Part shown: piece after piece, positions 59,601-64,000 of the stretch
Numbering within the stretch: position 1 is the first letter of the stretch
Layout of the letters: every line of letters begins with the position of its first letter
DNA from: Planctomycetota bacterium
GTDB lineage: Bacteria; Planctomycetota; SZUA-567; H5-PLA8
DNA: 64,000 nucleotides
NCBI GenBank assembly: GCA_038227875.1
Contig: JBBRPR010000030.1
Coordinates: 35,923 to 99,922, forward strand
Direction: 5' to 3'
Notes under the pieces: generated by a model
What the model saw: the letters and a program-made list of their open reading frames with translations, nothing else
What the model was told of the DNA's origin: nothing
Databases searched by the model: none
Made by a program: the position numbers and the translations under genes

Positions 59601-59926
59601 CGGATGGCTTCGGCGATCAGTTCGGTGGTGACGAGGCCCTGCTTGACCAGGACGTCGCCGAGCTTGCTGCGGGGGTCGAGGCGCTGGGCTTTGAGGGCGT
59701 GGACCAGCTGCTCGTCGGTGAGCTTGCCACGGGCGACGAGGAGGTCGCCGAGGCGGGTGCGTTCGGAGAGGTTGTCGGCGCAGACGGCGATTTCGCCATG
59801 GGAGAGCGCGATGGTCTTTTCACCCATCGGGCTGACCACGGCAAGAACACCGGTGGCGCGCTGGTCGGCCAGCGTCTTGAACAGCTCGGTGACACCAATG
59901 CTGTCGAGCTCGCCTTTCAACTTCAT
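56585..59926 (-). CDS. DUF4388/MshEN - TM - TPR-like - PEGA - PQQ-like beta-propeller protein
   Basis: MKLKGEL...ATGVL (DUF4388-like); RLGDLLVARG...KLGDVLVKQG; DLFTWKEATFEF; one TM; SSTPSGSVVIMDGKEVGKTPL (PEGA); W-docking blades (GTLIWEL, QLLWEI, GKNLWQY). Confidence 0.8.
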   Translation of the reverse strand: MKLKGELDSIGVTELFKTLADQRATGVLAVVSPMGEKTIALSHGEIAVCADNLSERTRLGDLLVARGKLTDEQLVHALKAQRLDPRSKLGDVLVKQGLVTTELIAEAIRFQVEEQIIDLFTWKEATFEFDSDKNVDDVYDPDGTGNPVQRLSVNTQPMLAEAAKRNDTWKQIQQRIPTPYLCFKLAPKGEELVTKAPRATQMIVKLLKEGRTLETTIKKSCLGRFNVCTTVMKMLDDAWIFPIPGNELRFLASEHRFKKRFLDALYIYRRLLDTSTVESEQAELRKQIQDTIDAIHAAAASGDTPEGSEVVSFKEAAERYKRRQKVRRIALIVFGFAAVFLVVFMLLQKIAPKAAISEDYQKAIKASDKFVDEKNFDAAIKLWHDFYNSIPDKGSDTANFVRERESTIIKKLDSYIESQMVTARNAEKAKNYDEAIKIYESVATGFPTSSQVPLAQEGIDRVKQARKTDDEAKAHAAQVSRAKAALALLDQKQFVAARKALEEVLKELSDGSELRPEIEAGLKLLQDRDDRAQQALSSAKNEVLAKHGERAIEAYDQVIKEGPDAPGYDTAKKERQSLQLNLEKLQSELKRGRKQADAEGGVVAALEILRRAEGDYPDFELTRELRKEIEALNGKLGDLNKLLTEAQDALKSDRVRGMELYKDLLRKEFAFLAVKNVKIPIKISSTPSGSVVIMDGKEVGKTPLEVDIPVSGAAVLRVEHDGYEPYEQRFNRLMPDELNERHTTLKRKPLAVIELGGPIFAPPRLIDGSLFVLHGTSLTVLDPLGKEVKSTLKNLFSDQAPNRPNPDGVGMPILVEKNWWYPRTPPEPFKAGKAFLIFRTRDVLSLDLVTLKTEKLASLPTAPVGKPYLETASYLAGKPLLAVGCEDGLIYIIDLETGKMLEKGSPVSSDPRKERKTSLATGLVSFSPGSFVSLSSSGWLRCSKIHDGTLIWELDLKGEVGPDNFLPSGSETIAPIVMKDGRVVVVDVKDHQLLWEIPAVPTEEASHAVVAADGIYVLTRRGVLKKFDRAPMSGQAKSIWSHPLDGDSKIPFLVGSAIFVATDAGTIWSLSPTAGKNLWQYRTEEEVTQISVIGDLLYVTTTAGRLLILKTGE

Positions 59927-60010
59927 ACGGTTTAGAATACCTCCAAAGCGTTAGAGCCTATCAAACTTTACACAAATTGGAAATTACAGAAGCGCGCGTG
60001 GTGCGTGGGC

Positions 60011-60040
60011 GATGTTACGGAATGTTACGAAATGTTACAT
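60011..60040. repeat. 3 x 10-bp tandem repeat (ATGTTAC core)
   Basis: GATGTTACGG AATGTTACGA AATGTTACAT. Confidence 0.7.
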
Positions 60041-60650
60041 GGGCTGGGGTCTCCTTCCTAGGTGCGCTTGGTGCGTCTACGGGGGCTTCTTATTGCGGAT
60101 TTCGGATTGCGGATTGCGGATTAGACTGGTGGACGTAGAGGCTTGGAATCGAGTTGGCCATTGTGGGGAAGTCTCCTTGGGGTGCGGGGATTTTCTTGAA
60201 TCTCGGTTTGCCCTCAAATTTGCGGTCTGGGCGGCTGTGGATGAGTCGCGGGGCTTGTTGGCATTTCTATCGGGTTGAGACTGTGGAGGCCGTTAGAGGC
60301 TGCTGCTGACGGTTTTTTTGGCATGCCTGACGGGGTTGATGGTCGCGGAGCGGGGTTTGGGGCATTCAGGTCACCATCGCGAGTTTTCCTACTATATCTA
60401 AGCGGTCGAGAAACGCAAAAGTCAAGTAATATCTTGAAATTATGTGTATAGAACATATTTTTTTTTCGAGACGTAAGGAGTTACGAGAATTCGGGCGCTC
60501 AGGTTTGCATGGTGCCTGTCCATTTTCCGTTTTCCAATTTGATTTTCGCATTTCAATTTTCCATAGGCGTGCGGGCGCGTTGCGGTGGTGAAGAATGTCC
60601 GTATATATAAAGCAACCCTCGACCCCGAAAATCAAGGGAAATCTGGCGCG

Positions 60651-60780
60651 TGAGCTAAAATGAGCTGAAATGAGCGTGTTTGATAGCAAATGATAGCGAA
60701 TGAGCAGGAATGAGCGCGTTTGAGCGTAAATGAGCAGGTTTGAGCACGAATGAGCAGGAATGAGCGAGAATGAGCGGGTG
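60651..60780. repeat. 13 x 10-bp phased tandem array (TGAGC-N5)
   Basis: TGA begins at every 10th base from 60651 to 60771; 11 of 13 units start TGAGC and 2 start TGATA. Confidence 0.9.
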
Positions 60781-60863
60781 GCACGAAGATACATAATCGT
60801 GTTACGCGGGGACATGATGCGTGATAAAATCGGCACGGTTGGATTGCGGGGGGCGATTGCAGT

Positions 60864-60924
60864 CGCGAAACCCGGAGGGTTTCGAGACGGTAGCCGGTGG
60901 TTGAGCGCGAGCGACACCATCGGA
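60864..60924. repeat. REP-like palindromic element, type 2, copy 1
   Basis: CGAAACCC-GGA-GGGTTTCG hairpin, plus CGGTGGTTGAGCGCGAGCGACAC (60895-60917) identical to 62467-62489. Confidence 0.7.
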
Positions 60925-61036
60925 CCGGCGTTGTTTGGAGTTCGGCACCCTGGCAGGGGTGCTGGACGATACGCGGTCTCGTCAGGTCTGGGTCTACCTT
61001 GCGTGGTCTAGTCAGCAATAATAGAATCAGTCGCCT

Positions 61037-61219
61037 ATGGGCTGGAAAGCGGCAACTCTATTTATTTGCGACGACGATCCGGCCTACCTGGCCACCCGCC
61101 CGAAAATTGATCACGAGAAGCTGGTGCAAACGCAAGACATGGAGAGACGCAAATTGGACGACGCATACGGCGAGCCGCTAGTCTTCAAAATCACGAAGAA
61201 GTTTCTGGGCACCAATTGA
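61037..61219 (+). pseudogene. Short ORF, probable internally deleted gene remnant
   Basis: MGWKAATLFICDDDPAYL...DAYGEPLVF..FLG reads like fused N- and C-terminal parts of a longer protein (recall only, not searched). Confidence 0.4.
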
Positions 61220-61237
61220 ATTTAAATTAATAGGTTA

Positions 61238-61346
61238 CAGGGTTGCTCCGCGCGGAAGTGACTCTCGCCCAGGGTAGCGCTGCGGCGCAACCCTGGGCTT
61301 TGTAGCCGTTAGCCCGTTGGGCTAAGGGGCCTGCGCTGCGCTCGGC
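61238..61346. repeat. REP-like multi-hairpin element, type 1, copy 1
   Basis: CCCAGGGTAGCGCTGCGGCGCAACCCTGGG and TTAGCCCGTTGGGCTAA hairpins; aligns with 62533-62640. Confidence 0.8.
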
Positions 61347-61458
61347 GCATTGACAAACAAGAACTGGAACCAGCGCCATTGATCGGCTACGTAGAATGCC
61401 CAGATTGCAATCGTTCACGACGTCTAACGACTCGGCGATAGAATAGTAGAAATTCACC

Positions 61459-62016
61459 ATGACTATATTAGATCATCTCGAACATCATTTGGGTGCCATG
61501 TCTGTCGGCTGGAAGGGCCTTGAGAGCGGCAACACATGCCCATTTATTGTGGCAAAGTTCGATCGAGGCCCTACTAGCGATTCATTGATATTCAGCACTA
61601 TCGGATTGAGTGACGATCCACTGGTTAGTCCTGTTTCTCAGAAACTTATTCGGCACGAACTGGTTTTGATGATTCGTGGTGACAATCCCAAAAATGTGCC
61701 TTCACTATTGCAGCAAGTCGGAATGCAATCGCTTGCCACACGAACCCCATTGCTTCGTGGTGATGTGATCCATCGAGCAGGGACTGTATTTGCTAATACT
61801 GCGATGGTTGCGCTGTACGTAACGATCCCGGTTTATTTTCCCGAGGCATTTCGTACGTGCAACATCGATGATAGCAGCATAATTTTTGCGTGGCTTGTTC
61901 CCATTACGCACGACGAGGTTCATTACATTCAGAAGTTTGGATGGGATTCCTTCGAAGATAAGCTTGAACAGTGTGACCAGGATCTAATTGATATTAACAG
62001 AGTGTCTATTGTGTAA
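61459..62016 (+). CDS. Suppressor-of-fused (SUFU)-like domain protein, low GC
   Basis: HLEHHLG, FSTIGLSD, RHELV, LLRGDVI, FAWLVPITHDEVHYIQKFGWDSFEDKL...DLIDINRVSIV. Confidence 0.8.
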   Translation: MTILDHLEHHLGAMSVGWKGLESGNTCPFIVAKFDRGPTSDSLIFSTIGLSDDPLVSPVSQKLIRHELVLMIRGDNPKNVPSLLQQVGMQSLATRTPLLRGDVIHRAGTVFANTAMVALYVTIPVYFPEAFRTCNIDDSSIIFAWLVPITHDEVHYIQKFGWDSFEDKLEQCDQDLIDINRVSIV

Positions 62017-62095
62017 ACGCCAAGGGCTGCGCGGACGGCAGCATAGCTAATACCAGCATCAACGCACGCACGGCAATTGATTGGAAGGTCAAAAC

Positions 62096-62443
62096 GTGGC
62101 CGACAGCATTGAACGGTGGGATGATTGCGCCTCGCGCTATCGCGAGTGGGCGGCGAACGACTCAAAACACGAATACATGATGAATATGGTGAGACTGATC
62201 GAGCATCTAAAATTGAGCGGTGACGTCTCAGCTCTTTGGCATTCAACATCCGTAAGCTGGCTCTGTGTTTCGAAGGCTCCCAACTGGGACGCCAAAGAAC
62301 GCTTCTTCAGCATTGGCGCGTATGAAGATGGATCCTTTCAGATCCAGTCCTATAAGCGGATAGCGCGACCTTCCGGAAGACAATTGCGTCGAAATTTTGA
62401 ACAAACGGTTGAGGTGTTCTGGCAATTTGCCGAGGCGCTATGA
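62096..62443 (+). CDS. Hypothetical protein, low GC
   Basis: GTG start after GGAAGG; 115 aa. Confidence 0.6.
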   Translation: MADSIERWDDCASRYREWAANDSKHEYMMNMVRLIEHLKLSGDVSALWHSTSVSWLCVSKAPNWDAKERFFSIGAYEDGSFQIQSYKRIARPSGRQLRRNFEQTVEVFWQFAEAL

Positions 62444-62466
62444 GCGCGGAGAATTTCTGCCGGAGA

Positions 62467-62489
62467 CGGTGGTTGAGCGCGAGCGACAC
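62467..62489. repeat. REP-like element, type 2, partial copy 2
   Basis: 23-bp exact match to 60895-60917. Confidence 0.7.
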
Positions 62490-62522
62490 TACGCCGCCGT
62501 GATGCGCGCAGCGCATGATGCC

Positions 62523-62640
62523 GCAACCCCTTCAGGGTTGCTTCGCGCGGGGGGACGTTTTCCCAGGGGAGCGCTGCGGCGCAACCCTGGGCTTTGTTGC
62601 TGTTAGCCCGTTGGGCTAAGTGAACTGCGCTGCGCTCGGC
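62523..62640. repeat. REP-like multi-hairpin element, type 1, copy 2
   Basis: GCAACCCCTTCAGGGTTGC, CCCAGGG...CCCTGGG and TTAGCCCGTTGGGCTAA hairpins. Confidence 0.8.
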
Positions 62641-62973
62641 ACGGCACGGTACGGCGCCTGTCAACGGCTTGACCGTTCCGCTCGAATTTCGCTTCCCGCA
62701 TCGCGGCGCGCCATGGCAACTGCCGGAAAGACCGGCTGAAGCCGGCTGCCGGCAACGGCATCAACACTCTCCACCGTCTGAAGGCGATGGTAAGCAACGG
62801 CATGAACAGCAAACAGCAATGGCATGGCCGCTCCTTGTGCCGAATCAGACATTTCGGTCATTCGCTCGCGCTTGGTTTGCTGCCTCCAGGAGGCGGATGA
62901 GGTACTCGCTGAATATTCCACTCGCCTAGCCTTGGCAAGGGTGAGATACCCCCGATATTTGGTCCAGTAAGAG

Positions 62974-63864
62974 TTAGAGGATTTGCTCCTGCACCGGTTG
63001 TGTTCGCGTGTGACTTGCTGAGGCCGTAGACCGAAGCAAGTTACACGCGCGGCGCGCAAATTCGGCCGGGGCCACATACCCCAGCGCGCTGTGCGGCCGC
63101 TCTTCATTGTATTCTTTGCGCCAGCGTTCTATCACCAGCCGCGCTTCCTGTCCGTTGTTAAAGACTTCACGATTCAGACATTCGTCGCGTAGTTTGCCGT
63201 TGAAGCTTTCGATGTATGCATTCTGCCAGGGGCTGCCGGGTTCAATGTACAGCGTCTGACAGCCATTCTTTTCCAGCCACTCTTTCAGGGCCGCTGCAAT
63301 GAACTCCGGCCCATTGTCGCTGCGCAGATATTCCGGCGCTCCTCGTGTCAGGAATAGCCACTCCAGCGTTTCGATCACTTCACGGCTCCCCAGGGACTTC
63401 TCGACCCGGATCTGCAGACATTCTCGCGTGTATTCATCCAGCACGCACAGCAGTCTCAGCCTTCCGCCGCGTTGCGTCCGGTCTTCCACAAAATCGTACG
63501 TCCACACTTCATTGGGCCGTTGAGGCACTTTCACTGTCGCTCCGCGAGTTCCCCTTCGCCGCCTCCTGGGCCTGCGACGAGGCAGACTTAACCCTTCCTC
63601 TTTCCAGATGCGGTGAACGCGTTTCTTGTTGATTGCGCACTCCCGTCGAATCAACGCAGTGATGCGCCGGCAGCCGTACCGCGCATGCCGCCGCGACAGT
63701 CCTCGGATCTTTTCTCGCAGCGGTTCTTCGTCCGCCCGCTCGCGGCGCTCATAGCGCAGCCCTGTTCGCGAAACTCCGACCACCTGGCAAGCGCGGCGTT
63801 CTGACAACTCATGCTCGGTTTTCAGATGCTCCACGCACGCCTTACGCGCGAAAGGGCCTACCAT
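62974..63864 (-). CDS. IS3 transposase OrfB (DDE/rve)
   Basis: YGCRRI, WTYDF, LDEYTRE, RSDNGPEF, PWQNAYIESFNGKLRDECLN, RPHSALGY. Confidence 0.95.
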   Translation of the reverse strand: MVGPFARKACVEHLKTEHELSERRACQVVGVSRTGLRYERRERADEEPLREKIRGLSRRHARYGCRRITALIRRECAINKKRVHRIWKEEGLSLPRRRPRRRRRGTRGATVKVPQRPNEVWTYDFVEDRTQRGGRLRLLCVLDEYTRECLQIRVEKSLGSREVIETLEWLFLTRGAPEYLRSDNGPEFIAAALKEWLEKNGCQTLYIEPGSPWQNAYIESFNGKLRDECLNREVFNNGQEARLVIERWRKEYNEERPHSALGYVAPAEFARRACNLLRSTASASHTRTQPVQEQIL

Positions 63865-64000
63865 TTTTTTGTGAGCAGATCCTTCAGCGCATCGTTGTCC
63901 AGCATCTGCTGCGCCACGATCTTTTTCAGCCGCGCGTTCTCGCTCTCCAGCTCTCGCAACCGCCGCGCATCTGAGACGTCCATCCCGCCGAACTTCTTTC
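63858..64000 (-). CDS. IS3 transposase OrfA, 3' part
   Basis: KKFGGMDVSDARRLRELESENARLKKIVAQQMLDNDALKDLLTKKW-stop. Confidence 0.9.
   Translation of the reverse strand, partial: KKFGGMDVSDARRLRELESENARLKKIVAQQMLDNDALKDLLTKKW

Larger units (their letters stand above)
62942..64000 (-). mobile_element. IS3-family insertion sequence (IS407-group-like), truncated by the window edge
   Basis: Terminal TGAGATACCCCCGATATTTGGTCCAG; orfA/orfB overlap at an A7 run. Confidence 0.92.

Noticed and set aside
60651..60780. TGAGC array as a CRISPR array
   Set aside because: Unit is 10 bp with no 25-45 bp repeats or unique spacers, and there are no cas genes in the window.
60214..61181. ORFs 60214..60456, 60366..60920, 60632..61018, 60760..61011 and 60897..61181
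   Set aside because: They mostly run through low-complexity DNA, tandem repeats or REP hairpins and give repeat-derived, non-protein-like sequences.
61220..62660. Integron attC sites between the short genes
   Set aside because: No RYYYAAC...GTTRRRY-bounded imperfect palindromes recognised and no integron integrase in the window; the repeats look like REPs.
62603..62941. A gene interrupted by the IS3 element
   Set aside because: No frame on either strand gives a convincing protein next to the IS end.

Overview
High-GC bacterial chromosomal segment, almost entirely coded on the minus strand. The gene families and repeat types suggest the PVC superphylum, probably Planctomycetota (inference only). 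From the left: 5' part of glnE; glmM/PMM; a type IV pilus motor/regulatory cluster (pilT, stand-alone MshEN protein, pilB, pilC, pilS-like kinase, pilR-like sigma-54 activator, no pilA); purN; a ~1,420-aa modular fibre/adhesin behind a sigma-54 promoter; an exported, membrane-anchored thioredoxin whose active site is read through an in-frame UGA followed by a SECIS-like hairpin (probable selenoprotein, W-U-G-A-C); a secreted caspase-like protease with Tudor/Agenet-like domains; a partial complex I operon (nuoABCD, lipoprotein, nuoHI; no nuoEFG or nuoJ-N); alaS; a BI-1/YccA protein; an ankyrin membrane protein; adenosine deaminase; a five-gene enlarged pilin/pseudopilin cassette (G-H-I-J-K order); a complete kdpFABC-DE locus with an extra 30-aa membrane peptide and two matching operator arrays; an oxidoreductase/AraC pair; a DUF4388/MshEN-TM-TPR-PEGA-beta-propeller protein. 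The window ends in a lower-GC accessory region with a 13 x 10-bp phased repeat array, short immunity-like genes punctuated by REP-like palindromes, and an IS3-family element cut by the window edge. No rRNA, tRNA or CRISPR array was seen. All calls were made by eye, without database searches.
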